Source of the DNA: an uncultured Francisellaceae bacterium
Lineage (GTDB): Bacteria > Pseudomonadota > Gammaproteobacteria > Francisellales > CACEW01
Assembly: GCA_905612315.1 (NCBI GenBank)
Contig: CAJQSL010000020.1
Coordinates: forward strand, 2,341-66,340
Reading direction: 5' to 3'
DNA: 64,000 nucleotides
Position 1 is the stretch's first letter. Every line of letters starts with the position of its first letter. The position numbers and the translations under genes are program-made. Of the stretch, positions 31,349 to 43,070 are shown one piece after another. Below the pieces are notes generated by a model. That model had not been told where the DNA came from. It did not search any database and saw only the letters and a list, made by a program, of their open reading frames with translations.

Positions 31349-33484
31349 TTGATAGTGAAGTCTAGTTTTAAATCAAAGTCTATGCAGTTTTTTTTGCTTT
31401 CATTTGTGGTTTTACTGTTTAATGTTGTAATTTATAGCCCATCATTACGCTTTGATGTTACTAATGAAATGCCTTGGAGGCAAACAGATTCTCAGGCGGA
31501 GATTACCGCTTACGCTAAAAATACTACTAGGTTTTACTTGCCAACTGTTAATGCCTCGCTTAAAGAATGGGGTCCGGGAGTTATAGAAATTGTTTTTCCT
31601 ATTTATCAATTTGTTACTGGTAAAATGGTTCCACTTCTAACACCTTTAATAAAAAACAATTTGCATTCAGATGTTAAAGGGCCAATTAAGCTTCCTTATG
31701 GTATGCATTTTAAAAAATATACTGAAAGTAAGATATTAAAAGGTGATAAAGTTATATATACCCTTAAGTTTACTCTAGCTCCATCATGGGAATATAAGCT
31801 TGCCACTTTGTTTCATAATAATATATCTCAATATTTGCATTTATATTTGGTTTCTAATAAAACCAGCATGGATAAAAAATGCATTTCATTGGAAGTTAAT
31901 GGCAATGCTAGCGCAGATACGCCAAGAGAATATTGTTATTCTAATAATGTTATACCTGTTACTTATATTCCTATCTTGCCTGGAGAGAATACTTTTAAGT
32001 TTATTTTTAGTAAGAGTATGGCCCCAGGGAATTTAGAGTCGGCAATTAGTTTGTTCCCAACTTCTAAATACGCAAGTCCCATGTTATTTGTCGGGCGTTT
32101 GCTTAATATGTTTGCAGTTGTAGCTATTTCATTAATAATAGCTGTTACGTTTTTCCCTTCGTTAAAGTATAGATATGCATGTGCCATAGCAATTTCAGCT
32201 ATACCTGCATTTGGATTTTTTGAAACCTTTATTCATGAAGAAATACAAGCATTTTTATTTGTGTCTATTTTTCTTTGGGTTGTTTTTAAAAAGAACTTGA
32301 GTCTGAGGTGGTTAGTCTTTGCATCTGTATCTCTTTCAATAGCGGTAGCAATAAGGCCTTACTATATTTTGTATAGTTTGATGCTTATTGCATTTATGTT
32401 TCGTCAGGATGGTTTTAATATGCTGAAAAAAGCTTCATATTATTTGGCGGGCATATTAATAATAACCCCTGCTATATTATGGTATTCCTGGACACAGCAC
32501 CTTGTTAGGAATGGCGCGGATACTATTGGTATTTTTTCAGGGCGTGTATTTTTGAGTTCTTTGCTTGATTCTGCGAAGTGGCATGCCTTTTTGGGATTTT
32601 TCACGAAGTTCCATTTCGGATTGCCAGTATTCTTTCTTTTTATAATTACAATAGTTGTTTATTTATGCTTGCGCTTTAGTAAGAAAATAACATCAAATTT
32701 TAATTTTGATGTTTTTCTCGGAGTTGGCTTTATAATTAGTTTAATTTCTCTGCCTTTGATTTTTGATTCAGCGTCAATACATAATTATTATTCATTTCCT
32801 ATTACATCTTATTTTTCAATTGCTTCTATTATATGTTTTTATGAAATATATAAAAATATAGATAAAAAGCCATACTTGAATAAAAAAAATGAACTATTAA
32901 GATTTTCATTTAAAAATATTTTATTTCTTTCTTTTTTCTCTGTGATTATAGTGTCTGGAGTAGCTCATACCTATGTTAGATTTTACAAAAATGAGAGAAC
33001 AGTTTACGACCCGTTGGATTATGTATTATTGGGGGGAGTACCTGGAGAGATATTTTCAAGTAGTGATAAAATTGTTTTATTAGGATCAGGTGGGCCGCAA
33101 GATTATGGCATGACTAATCGTAATGGAAGAAGAGATGCTGGATTTTATTCTGGATATCACTTCCAATCTGTTTCAGAGATTAAAGAGGTGTTAAAAAATG
33201 AAAGAAAATATTCAGTAGATACATTAACAACATTTAATAATGATATTCAGCAATTCAAAATTAAAGATGAGGATATGAAAAGTTTAACATATTATCTAAA
33301 CACTTATTATGGACCCATTTCATCATATGCTGGCATTGGTAGTTGTAAGGCAGCTTTGCATAGAACTAAAACTTGGGATTTATATACAAAGTTTATATAC
33401 GAGCTGGCAAAAAATACAAAGGGAAGTGTTGTGTATAAGTATCTAGTAAGCACCCCTTGTTTATTTATAAAGTTTCCAAAGTAA
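31349..33484 (+). CDS. Polytopic GT-C-type glycosyltransferase-like membrane protein (copy 2)
   Basis: Translation identical to 24983..27118 except residue 3 (V instead of M). Confidence 0.55.
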   Translation: MIVKSSFKSKSMQFFLLSFVVLLFNVVIYSPSLRFDVTNEMPWRQTDSQAEITAYAKNTTRFYLPTVNASLKEWGPGVIEIVFPIYQFVTGKMVPLLTPLIKNNLHSDVKGPIKLPYGMHFKKYTESKILKGDKVIYTLKFTLAPSWEYKLATLFHNNISQYLHLYLVSNKTSMDKKCISLEVNGNASADTPREYCYSNNVIPVTYIPILPGENTFKFIFSKSMAPGNLESAISLFPTSKYASPMLFVGRLLNMFAVVAISLIIAVTFFPSLKYRYACAIAISAIPAFGFFETFIHEEIQAFLFVSIFLWVVFKKNLSLRWLVFASVSLSIAVAIRPYYILYSLMLIAFMFRQDGFNMLKKASYYLAGILIITPAILWYSWTQHLVRNGADTIGIFSGRVFLSSLLDSAKWHAFLGFFTKFHFGLPVFFLFIITIVVYLCLRFSKKITSNFNFDVFLGVGFIISLISLPLIFDSASIHNYYSFPITSYFSIASIICFYEIYKNIDKKPYLNKKNELLRFSFKNILFLSFFSVIIVSGVAHTYVRFYKNERTVYDPLDYVLLGGVPGEIFSSSDKIVLLGSGGPQDYGMTNRNGRRDAGFYSGYHFQSVSEIKEVLKNERKYSVDTLTTFNNDIQQFKIKDEDMKSLTYYLNTYYGPISSYAGIGSCKAALHRTKTWDLYTKFIYELAKNTKGSVVYKYLVSTPCLFIKFPK

Positions 33485-33508
33485 CAAATTGTTTTTATGG
33501 TTTAAATT

Positions 33509-34366
33509 ATGAAAGATATAGGTGTAGATAGTCTGCTTTCTTGTGAAGTTGCCAAAGCCTGTGATGACTACTTGTCTTTACTAAATGTTTCTATAGATAC
33601 TATAAATATTAAAAGTCTTGATAAAGATTCTTTAATAAAGAATTATTCGTTAATTAGCAAAAAAGAGCTGACTCTTATATCAGTTTTTTATAACGAGCAG
33701 TCTAATGTCATGCCTTTTTATTTAGAATGCAGGCGACTAAATAGAATTTTTAATATTAAAAACTTTATTTTTGTACAAAATGGATCAACTGATAATACAG
33801 AAAAACTATTGGACAAACTAAGTGAGTTGGATTCCCGGGTTAAAATAGTAACTATAGAAAATAATCAAGGATATGGTTATGGATTTAAACAGGGCCTTGC
33901 GGCGAGTAAAACTGACTTAGTATTATTAAATCACTCAGATTGCCAATTCGATGCGTATGCTTATTTTACTCAGCACTTTCCTTTAGTTATGAGTTTTGAT
34001 CCAGAGGTTGATTTGCTTATTCCTGTAAGAAGGGGGCGTACATTTTATCCAAAGATTCGTAGCATTGCCCTTAGGTGTCTAGCTTCTATAATACTCAGGC
34101 AGGCTGTTGTAGAATTTAATGGCCAACCAAAAATATTTTTGAAAAGCAAAATTAAAAATCTAGATTTATTGCCAAATGACTTTTGTTTTGATGCTGCCGT
34201 AATTCATCAGCTTTTAAAGCAGTATAAACGTAGGTTCTTTCTTGATTCTGTTGAATTGCCAAGGTTTGATGGTGTTTCTTCATGGTCCAGGCTGCTGTCA
34301 GGTCAAGTTAAGTTAACTTGGAGTTATATTTTTGGCATTTTAAAGCTTAAAAGATGTAGGTTTTAG
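33509..34366 (+). CDS. GT2-family glycosyltransferase (copy 2)
   Basis: Translation identical to 27143..28000. Confidence 0.7.
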   Translation: MKDIGVDSLLSCEVAKACDDYLSLLNVSIDTINIKSLDKDSLIKNYSLISKKELTLISVFYNEQSNVMPFYLECRRLNRIFNIKNFIFVQNGSTDNTEKLLDKLSELDSRVKIVTIENNQGYGYGFKQGLAASKTDLVLLNHSDCQFDAYAYFTQHFPLVMSFDPEVDLLIPVRRGRTFYPKIRSIALRCLASIILRQAVVEFNGQPKIFLKSKIKNLDLLPNDFCFDAAVIHQLLKQYKRRFFLDSVELPRFDGVSSWSRLLSGQVKLTWSYIFGILKLKRCRF

Positions 34367-34383
34367 TTGAGAGTTTTTTTATT

Positions 34384-34845
34384 ATGATAATTATAGCTCA
34401 TAGAGGTAATATTAATGGTATAAATAGTACCAATCATAATGTGGCTAAAATTTGGGATGCAATTGAAGATGGATTTTATGTAGAACTAGATCTTTGGTGT
34501 ATTAAAAACAATTATTATCTAGGGCATGACAAACCTGAGGTACAAATTCAGCTGACAGATTTTGATCACCCTCAAGTTTTTTTTCACCTTAAGAATCTTT
34601 TTCTACCAAAGTTAAAATTTGCAGATGCTTTTGCTATTAATAATGATGATTATGTGTTTACGCTGCGTGATAAATTATGGTGCAATTATAAAGTGGGGTA
34701 TTCGAATGATTCTATCATATGTGCTCCTGAGCTTGTTGGATCTACCGATAATTTGGATGATTTCATAAATGGTCATCGGGGAGCGTTTGGTATATGTACA
34801 GATTATGGCATGAAAGTAAGAAATATTCTTAGTAGCCTAGTATGA
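34384..34845 (+). CDS. Short GDPD-like protein (copy 2)
   Basis: Translation identical to 28018..28479. Confidence 0.5.
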   Translation: MIIIAHRGNINGINSTNHNVAKIWDAIEDGFYVELDLWCIKNNYYLGHDKPEVQIQLTDFDHPQVFFHLKNLFLPKLKFADAFAINNDDYVFTLRDKLWCNYKVGYSNDSIICAPELVGSTDNLDDFINGHRGAFGICTDYGMKVRNILSSLV

Positions 34846-35240
34846 TATTATATAAGCAATATAAATCTATATTTTTTCAGTTATGTCGTTTTGGAATTGT
34901 TGGCGTAAGTGCAGTAATTATAAATTTATTAATTGTGATTTTTATTGTAGAGACATTTGATTGGCCGCCATTATTGGCAAATATTATTGGATTTATTGTT
35001 GCTTGTCAGGTTGCTTTCTTGGGTCATAATTTATGGACTTTTAAAATGGATACCGACGCAAGTAACTCTTGGTTGAAGTTTGTGATGGTTGCGACTTTTA
35101 GTTTGGGTTTAACTCAATTATTGTTTTTTATTTTACTGCAAGTTTTCGCTTTATATTATGTTTTTGCTTTAATTCTGACTCAAATGCTAGTTCCTATTGT
35201 GACATTTTTATTGAGTAAATACTGGGCTTTTAGGCATTGA
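34842..35240 (+). CDS. GtrA-family membrane protein (copy 2)
   Basis: Translation identical to 28476..28874. Confidence 0.75.
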   Translation: MILYKQYKSIFFQLCRFGIVGVSAVIINLLIVIFIVETFDWPPLLANIIGFIVACQVAFLGHNLWTFKMDTDASNSWLKFVMVATFSLGLTQLLFFILLQVFALYYVFALILTQMLVPIVTFLLSKYWAFRH

Positions 35241-35303
35241 TTTAGGTGCTGGATTTTGCCTTGGGTTAGTGTTATTGTTTAAATCTTATTTTAGTGAGTG
35301 TAG

Positions 35304-36407
<1,104 letters not shown>

Positions 36408-36409
36408 TT

Positions 36410-37597
36410 ATGACAGATTTTATTCCGTATGGAACCCAGTGTATAGATGATAGTGATATTGAATATGTAATAAAAGCATTAAAATCAAATTGGCTAACTC
36501 AAGGCCCAGCTATTAAGTCGTTTGAGTATGAAATATCAAAATATTGTGGTGTCAAACATGCGATTGCGGTATGTAATGCCACAGCGGCGTTGCATTTGTG
36601 TTGCCTGGCTCTAGATGTAGGTGAAGGAGATTTGGTCTGGACTTCTCCAATCACATTTGTATCTTCAGCATATTGTGCCATATGTTGTGGGGCTAAAGTT
36701 GATTTTGTAGATATAGATTCTAAAACTTATAATATGTCGGTAGAGGCTCTGGAAGATAAATTAATTCAAGCTCGTAAACAAAATAAATTACCTAAAGTAG
36801 TTATTCCTGTTCATTTCGCTGGTCAATCTTGTGACATGAAAAAAATCAAAGAACTATCTATAGAGTATGGATTTAAAATTATTGAAGATGCCTCCCATGC
36901 AATTGGTGGCGAATATTTAAATAATAAAATAGGAAGTTGTCAATATTCTGATTTAAGTGTTTTTAGTTTTCATCCAGTTAAAATTATTACTACTGGTGAA
37001 GGCGGCATGATCACAACTAATGATGATAAATTGGCTGAAAAAATAGCTATGCTGCGTACTCACGGTATAACCAGAGATCCTAATTTAATGACAAATTCAA
37101 AAGATCAGGTTCAAAACAATGGGGCTTGGTATTATGAGCAGTTAGATTTGGGTTTTAATTATAGAATTACCGATATTCAATGCGCTTTAGGTTTATCGCA
37201 ATTTAAAAAATTGGATAAATTTATATCAATGCGCCATGACATTGCTAAAAAATATAATAATAGTTTTCTAGATTTAGATATTGTTACTCCGTATCAAAGT
37301 CCAGATGCATATTCGGCTTTACATTTATACCCGATACAAGTTGCAGATGCCAGTGAAAGAAAAGAAGTATTTGAGTTTTTAAGAGAAAATAATATTGGTG
37401 TAAATGTGCATTATATTCCTGTTTATTGGCAACCGTATTATCAAAAGTTGGGCTTTAAAGTAGGGCTTTGTCCTGATGCTGAAAAATATTATGCCAGATC
37501 TATAAGTTTACCTATGTACCCAAAGTTAATTAATAAGCAAATAGAGTATGTTGTTGAAAAAATTAAAGAAGCGACTATTTCTTATAGTTTTAGTTAA
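36410..37597 (+). CDS. pseC: UDP-4-amino-4,6-dideoxy-N-acetyl-beta-L-altrosamine transaminase (DegT/DnrJ/EryC1 family)
   Basis: 395 aa. Starts IPYGTQCIDDSDIEYVIKALKSNWLTQGP, with SFHPVKIITTGEGG (PLP lysine). Adjacent to pseB. Confidence 0.8.
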   Translation: MTDFIPYGTQCIDDSDIEYVIKALKSNWLTQGPAIKSFEYEISKYCGVKHAIAVCNATAALHLCCLALDVGEGDLVWTSPITFVSSAYCAICCGAKVDFVDIDSKTYNMSVEALEDKLIQARKQNKLPKVVIPVHFAGQSCDMKKIKELSIEYGFKIIEDASHAIGGEYLNNKIGSCQYSDLSVFSFHPVKIITTGEGGMITTNDDKLAEKIAMLRTHGITRDPNLMTNSKDQVQNNGAWYYEQLDLGFNYRITDIQCALGLSQFKKLDKFISMRHDIAKKYNNSFLDLDIVTPYQSPDAYSALHLYPIQVADASERKEVFEFLRENNIGVNVHYIPVYWQPYYQKLGFKVGLCPDAEKYYARSISLPMYPKLINKQIEYVVEKIKEATISYSFS

Positions 37598-37612
37598 AGT
37601 TAAAAGAGAATT

Positions 37613-38143
37613 ATGCTAAAAAAATATATATCTTCAAACAAAAAAATATATTTGAGAGAGATCTTAGATATAGATGTCACGCAAAAGTATGTAGATTGGC
37701 TTAATGATAAAGAAATAAATCAATATTTGGAAGCTAGGTTTATTAAGCACTCTTTAGATACAGCTAAACAATATATTAAAGCTATGTATGAATCTTCTGA
37801 CAATAAAATTTTTGGTATTTTTGATAATGATACTAATCAGCATATTGGAAATATTAAACTAGGAGGTGTTGATTTTTTTCATCGTCGGGCACATTTAGGC
37901 ATTATGATCGGGGATAAAAATTATTGGGGTCAAGGAATTGCTACTGAGGCTATTAAAATTATTTCTAGAATTGCTAAAAATGAACTTAATCTAAATAAGT
38001 TGTATGCTGGGGCTTATTCTGTAAATTTAGGCAGCATTAATGCTTTTGTTAAGGCGGGTTGGGAGCAAGAGGGTGTTCAAAAAAAATATAGCAAATTAAA
38101 TGAGTTGTTTGTAGATAACATTATTATGGGGAAAACTCTGTGA
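37613..38143 (+). CDS. GNAT-family N-acetyltransferase (candidate PseH)
   Basis: 176 aa. GNAT motif A region YWGQGIATEAIKIISRIA. Located inside the pse cluster. Confidence 0.6.
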   Translation: MLKKYISSNKKIYLREILDIDVTQKYVDWLNDKEINQYLEARFIKHSLDTAKQYIKAMYESSDNKIFGIFDNDTNQHIGNIKLGGVDFFHRRAHLGIMIGDKNYWGQGIATEAIKIISRIAKNELNLNKLYAGAYSVNLGSINAFVKAGWEQEGVQKKYSKLNELFVDNIIMGKTL

Positions 38144-39024
38144 CTATAGTTTTAGGGTCAGCCCAATTTGGACTAAATTATGGGGTCACAAACTCTTCGG
38201 GAAAAGTATCATTAGAGAAGGTTTGTGGTATTTTAGATCTGGCTTATCAAAATAATATTGAGACAATAGATACGTCTACTCAATATGGAAACTCTGAAAA
38301 AATAATAGGCCTGGCTAGTCAAAAGATTAATAAAAAATTTAATATAGTTACCAAAACTAGATCATTTGCAAATACAAGTATTAAACAAACATTAAATTAT
38401 TTAGATTCAGATTTTGAAAATTCTATTAATAACTTAAAAGATAATAATATAAAGGCATTATTATTTCATAACAGCCATGATTTGCTAGAAAATAGAGCAG
38501 ATCATTTATATAAATCAGCTTTAAATTTAAAAAGTAATAATTCTCAATTAAAAATAGGTGTAAGTGTTTATTCTCCAAATGAGTTATTAACTATTATGGA
38601 TAGATACCCAATTGAGATTGTGCAATTTCCTTTAAATATTTTTGACCAAAGGTTTATTCCATTATTAGATATATTAAAAAATAAAAATATTGAGATTCAT
38701 ACTAGAAGCGCATTTTTGCAAGGAATTTTATTGCAAGATATTGAGAATAATGCATTGCCAGATTTTTTTAGTAAATTTATAAATTATTTTAATAGATATA
38801 GACAAAATATTTCTAAATCTGGGTGCACTAAATTGCGAGCTTGTATTGATTTCGCTAAGAATTATAGTAATAACTTAGTTTTGGGAGTTTTAGATTGTCA
38901 GCAGCTGCAAGAAATTATCTCAATTTATAACCAAGATGATAGCCAAGAGGGCTTAAGTGATTTATTTAAAGAGTTTACTAAAATGCCTTTAGCCTTAATT
39001 GATCCAAGGGGGTGGCCGCAATGA
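38140..39024 (+). CDS. Aldo/keto reductase family oxidoreductase
   Basis: 294 aa. Contains LGSAQFGLNYGV, IDTSTQYGNSE and the spacing typical of the AKR barrel. Confidence 0.6.
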   Translation: MTIVLGSAQFGLNYGVTNSSGKVSLEKVCGILDLAYQNNIETIDTSTQYGNSEKIIGLASQKINKKFNIVTKTRSFANTSIKQTLNYLDSDFENSINNLKDNNIKALLFHNSHDLLENRADHLYKSALNLKSNNSQLKIGVSVYSPNELLTIMDRYPIEIVQFPLNIFDQRFIPLLDILKNKNIEIHTRSAFLQGILLQDIENNALPDFFSKFINYFNRYRQNISKSGCTKLRACIDFAKNYSNNLVLGVLDCQQLQEIISIYNQDDSQEGLSDLFKEFTKMPLALIDPRGWPQ

Positions 39025-39800
39025 TATTAGCTATACTTCAAGCTCGTTTCAATTCGACTAGATTACCAGGAAAGGTTTTAAAAAAAGTTAGAGCCAAAAC
39101 ATTATTAGAAATTCAAGTTTCTAGGCTTAATAAGTCTCATTATATTGACAAACTAGTTATTGCAACGAGTGAAGATATTTTAGATGATGCTATTGCAAAT
39201 ATGTGTTTTGATAATAATATTGAGTGCTTTAGGGGTAGTCTAGATGATGTTTTAGATAGATATTATCAATGCGCCAAGCAATATAACCCTACGCATGTTG
39301 TTAGGGTTACTGGTGATTGTCCTATTATAGATACTGAGGTTGTTGATCAGGTAATTAAGTCTCATTTAGATTCGCAAGCTGACTATACTTCTAATGCTTT
39401 AAAGCCTACATTTCCTGATGGCTTAGATATAGAAATTATGCAATATAATGTTCTATGCGAGATCTGGAGAAAATCGACTTTATTTTCCGAAAAAGAGCAT
39501 GTAACTCAGTATATTTATAATAATAAAAATTGCTTTAAATTAAATAGCTATACAAATAAAACAGATTACTCTGGGTTGAGGTGGACTGTAGATAACCCTG
39601 AAGATTTTAAAGTTGTGAGTTATATAATAGAAGAGCTATATTTTGAGAATCCTGATTTTAGTTGGAAAGAAGTATTGAGGCTATATGATAGCGAAAAACA
39701 TAAAAACATACTTAGCGAGAATATGGATTTTAAACGTAACAGCGGCATGCAAAGTTCAATTTTAAAAGATTTAGAGTTTAGTGAAAAGGTTGGTAATTAG
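39012..39800 (+). CDS. Cytidylyltransferase of the SpsF/acylneuraminate cytidylyltransferase family (candidate CMP-pseudaminate synthase PseF)
   Basis: 262 aa. Starts ILAILQARFNSTRLPGKVLKKV, then VVRVTGDCPIID. Confidence 0.65.
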   Translation: MAAMILAILQARFNSTRLPGKVLKKVRAKTLLEIQVSRLNKSHYIDKLVIATSEDILDDAIANMCFDNNIECFRGSLDDVLDRYYQCAKQYNPTHVVRVTGDCPIIDTEVVDQVIKSHLDSQADYTSNALKPTFPDGLDIEIMQYNVLCEIWRKSTLFSEKEHVTQYIYNNKNCFKLNSYTNKTDYSGLRWTVDNPEDFKVVSYIIEELYFENPDFSWKEVLRLYDSEKHKNILSENMDFKRNSGMQSSILKDLEFSEKVGN

Positions 39801-41105
39801 GTGAATATTATTAGTAATAGATATCAAAAATCTGAAGCTTTATTAAAGAGTGCTTTAGAGGTTATACCTTTGGGCAGTCAAACTTTTAGTAAGAGCTATA
39901 CTCAGTTTCCGCATGGAGTTTCTCCTTATTTTATTGATAGAGGGAAAGGGGCTTATGTTTGGGATGTTGATGGAAATAAATATTTAGATTTGGTTAATGG
40001 CTTAGCATCTGTATCTTTAGGGTACTGCGATGAACAAGTAGATAATGCTGTAAAAAAACAGATAGACAAAGGAGTTACTTTTTCTTTAGCAACAGAGTTA
40101 GAGCAAAAATTGGCCAGAAAATTAATTGAGCATATTCCAAGCGCACAAATGGTTCGTTTTGGTAAAAATGGCACTGATGCTACAAGTGGCGCTATTAGAG
40201 TTGCTAGGGCAGTTACTGGTAAGGATCATGTTTTGGTGTGTGGCTATCATGGCTGGCAAGATTGGTACATTGGGTCTACTACTAAAAATTTAGGTGTACC
40301 TGAGGCTACTAAGGAGTTAGCGCATCACTTTAAATATAATAATTTAGATAGCTTAGATGAGTTATTAAATAAATATAAAGATAATGTTGCTGCTGTTATT
40401 ATGGAACCGATGAACGTTGAGTTTCCTAAAGATAATTTTTTAGAAAATTGTAAAAAACTTGCGCATGATAATAACGCTTTGTTTATTTTTGATGAAACTG
40501 TAACTGGGTTTAGGTTTTCACTTGGGGGCGCGCAGAAACATTTTGGAGTCACTCCAGATTTAGCAACTTTTGGAAAAGGTATGGGTAATGGCTATCCAAT
40601 TAGTGCATTAGTTGGCAAAAAAGAATATATGCAAATAATGGAAGATGTGTTTCTTTCATCTACTTTTGGCGGTGAGTCGGTTTCTATTGCAGCTTCATTA
40701 GCAGTAATAAAAAAATTAGAGCAAACCAATGGCATTACACATATTCATAATATAGGAGAGCAAATTATAGAAAAAACCAAAAAGCTTATTGCTGCATATA
40801 ATTTGGATGATATTATTTCTGTACACGGACATCCTTGCTGGTCATTTTTAGTTATTAAAGATTATGCAAATTATTCTTCATGGGATATTAAAACTTTATT
40901 TATGCAGGAGTGTTTGCAGCGTGGGTTATTAACATTTTGTACGCATAATATTAGTTATGCCTATAGTCAAAATGAGGTTGATTATATTGAAAATATTTAT
41001 AGTGATGTTTTTCCTATTATAAAAAGTGCTATTGATAATAATAAACTTTACGATAGTTTATTGTGTGAGCCATTAAAGCAATTATTCAAGGTTCGTGAAA
41101 TATGA
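39801..41105 (+). CDS. Class III PLP aminotransferase (glutamate-1-semialdehyde 2,1-aminomutase-like)
   Basis: 434 aa with a GTG start. Contains FGKNGTDATSGAIRVARAVTG, IFDETVTGFRFSLGGAQ and TFGKGMGNGYP (PLP lysine). Confidence 0.75.
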   Translation: MNIISNRYQKSEALLKSALEVIPLGSQTFSKSYTQFPHGVSPYFIDRGKGAYVWDVDGNKYLDLVNGLASVSLGYCDEQVDNAVKKQIDKGVTFSLATELEQKLARKLIEHIPSAQMVRFGKNGTDATSGAIRVARAVTGKDHVLVCGYHGWQDWYIGSTTKNLGVPEATKELAHHFKYNNLDSLDELLNKYKDNVAAVIMEPMNVEFPKDNFLENCKKLAHDNNALFIFDETVTGFRFSLGGAQKHFGVTPDLATFGKGMGNGYPISALVGKKEYMQIMEDVFLSSTFGGESVSIAASLAVIKKLEQTNGITHIHNIGEQIIEKTKKLIAAYNLDDIISVHGHPCWSFLVIKDYANYSSWDIKTLFMQECLQRGLLTFCTHNISYAYSQNEVDYIENIYSDVFPIIKSAIDNNKLYDSLLCEPLKQLFKVREI

Positions 41106-42205
41106 GTATGAATATAATTATTCGTACTGATGCATCAAATATGATTGGCACTGGTCATGTTATGCGCTGTTTAACACTAGCTGAAAAATTAACTCAGAAT
41201 TATCAGGCAAAAATAACTTTTATATGTAGAGACTTACCAGGAAATTTATCAGAAGTTATAAAATTTAAAGGTTTCGGATTTAAGTTGTTAGCATTTTCGC
41301 CAGAGAATAAAGGACAATATTCCAAAACTCCTCCCAATGATGATTATGATAAATGGTTAGGAGTTAGATTAGAAGATGATGCCAAAGAAACTTTAGAAAA
41401 TGTTTTAGAATTTAATGAGAAAATAGATTTATTGATTATTGATCATTATGCATTAGATATTAAGTGGGAAAAAGTATTAAGATCAAAAGTTGAAAAAATA
41501 ATGGTTATAGATGATTTGGCTAATAGAAAGCATGATTGTGATATCATTTTAGATCATAATTTTTATTTAAATTTCGAATCCAGATACGATAAGTTAGTGC
41601 CACAAAGTTGTAAAAAGTTATTGGGATCAAAGCATGCTTTGATAAACTCCAAATTAAAACAAGTTAAAGAAAATAGGTCCCGAGCCGGCAAGGGGAATAA
41701 ACTTAATAAGGTGGAAACTGTTTTAGTATTTTTAGGCGGTGCAGATCCTAAAAACTTTACAGCTTTAGCTTTGGAACAGGCATTAAATTCTGAGCAGTTA
41801 AAAGATTGTATATTTAATGTTGTTTTAGGTAAAAATAACCCACATAAATTAGCACTAAAACAAAAATATGCGAAATATGATAATGTAGTATTTCATGTAC
41901 AGCCGAGTTATTATTACGGGTTATTAGCAAGGGCGGATTTGGCCATAGGTGCTGGTGGAGTATCCCAGCTTGAGAGGTGTTATGTTCAGTTGCCATCGAT
42001 TGTTATCCCTGCTGCTGATAATCAAAGAGAACTTGTAGAAAAGTTTGTAAGGGAAAAGTATATAATTAGTTCAAATAAACTCTTGCATCCAGTGGTCTTT
42101 GAAGTGGGAACTTGCTTGCGCTTTTTGGAGGTTGAGTTACTTCACTGCTATTCTATTTTTTCATCTAATAGGTGTCATAAAAATATTTCTATAAATTTGG
42201 AATAA
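41102..42205 (+). CDS. pseG: UDP-2,4-diacetamido-2,4,6-trideoxy-beta-L-altropyranose hydrolase
   Basis: 367 aa. Starts IIIRTDASNMIGTGHVMRCLTLAEKL, typical of PseG, with a GT-B-like fold and the GAGGVSQLERCYVQLP region. Confidence 0.7.
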   Translation: MSMNIIIRTDASNMIGTGHVMRCLTLAEKLTQNYQAKITFICRDLPGNLSEVIKFKGFGFKLLAFSPENKGQYSKTPPNDDYDKWLGVRLEDDAKETLENVLEFNEKIDLLIIDHYALDIKWEKVLRSKVEKIMVIDDLANRKHDCDIILDHNFYLNFESRYDKLVPQSCKKLLGSKHALINSKLKQVKENRSRAGKGNKLNKVETVLVFLGGADPKNFTALALEQALNSEQLKDCIFNVVLGKNNPHKLALKQKYAKYDNVVFHVQPSYYYGLLARADLAIGAGGVSQLERCYVQLPSIVIPAADNQRELVEKFVREKYIISSNKLLHPVVFEVGTCLRFLEVELLHCYSIFSSNRCHKNISINLE

Positions 42206-42234
42206 CTTTTTGCAACAGGACCATTATGTGTTAA

Positions 42235-43014
42235 TTAGGTATATGGATTCTTTTCAAGAAGTGCGTATTTATTATTTTTTAACATATCCATACCTGTATC
42301 AAATACGCCATTTATTTCGCAAACACAAACTGGTAATTTATCATCTATCATCATTGTCCTCATGCATCCATTTTTTATTGATTGATAATACAATGCTAAG
42401 TTATCAGTTCTTATATCCAAGTCATAATTTCTAACATTATATAAAAATGTATCTTCGATTCTCTTATCTTCATTAATTATCGCACCGGGAAATTTTTTTA
42501 TATATCTATAATCGACTTTAAAATACTGCTCTAGATAATGTAAAAATGTGGAAGGAGGACTGCCTGGATTTACAATAGGAAGATTTAAAAATAACCCTTT
42601 AGCTCTCATTTTTAATAATCTATCGAATATACTATCCTTACCAAATGCATCTGTAGAGATATTGTTTGTGATATCTTTGGCATGCTTGCCAATTGCAACA
42701 AAAGAAAAAATAGGGTGCAAAGATCTAAAGCTATCTTTATGATTAAGCATAAAGTTTGAGAAATAACCAACTACTGACATGGTTTTCTTAGAATCAAAAA
42801 TACCGGTTTGACAGAAGCTATAGGTAAAGCTAGGAACGATTAGTGTCCCATCTCTTCCAATGACACTGAAAATTGATTCCAATATATTGCTACAATGCTG
42901 CTTTAACTTTATATTATTATCACGGCATATGTCGGTATCTACATGCATTAAAACGACATCGTTTTTTTTAATTCCTAGTTCTGTGATTGCACTAATAATT
43001 TTCTTAATAATCAT
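42235..43014 (-). CDS. AAC(3)/YokD-family N-acyltransferase
   Basis: 259 aa. Contains ELGIKKNDVVLMHVDTD ... GTLIVPSFTYSF, as in the aminoglycoside 3-N-acetyltransferase family. Confidence 0.65.
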   Translation of the reverse strand: MIIKKIISAITELGIKKNDVVLMHVDTDICRDNNIKLKQHCSNILESIFSVIGRDGTLIVPSFTYSFCQTGIFDSKKTMSVVGYFSNFMLNHKDSFRSLHPIFSFVAIGKHAKDITNNISTDAFGKDSIFDRLLKMRAKGLFLNLPIVNPGSPPSTFLHYLEQYFKVDYRYIKKFPGAIINEDKRIEDTFLYNVRNYDLDIRTDNLALYYQSIKNGCMRTMMIDDKLPVCVCEINGVFDTGMDMLKNNKYALLEKNPYT

Positions 43015-43070
43015 TTTGTATAAACTCCATTAAGTTACAATAATAACTGATAAAACTAAAAGTAAGCTTG

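Noticed and set aside
41900-42205. Possible frameshift or extra fused domain at the C-terminus of PseG (367 aa, longer than some PseG proteins)
   Set aside because: I could not identify a second domain or an alternative frame with recognisable sequence. PseG length varies between lineages, so there is not enough evidence.
42210-42434. 74-aa plus-strand ORF after pseG
   Set aside because: It lies antisense to the 3' end of the well-supported AAC(3)-like gene and has an implausible aromatic-rich composition.
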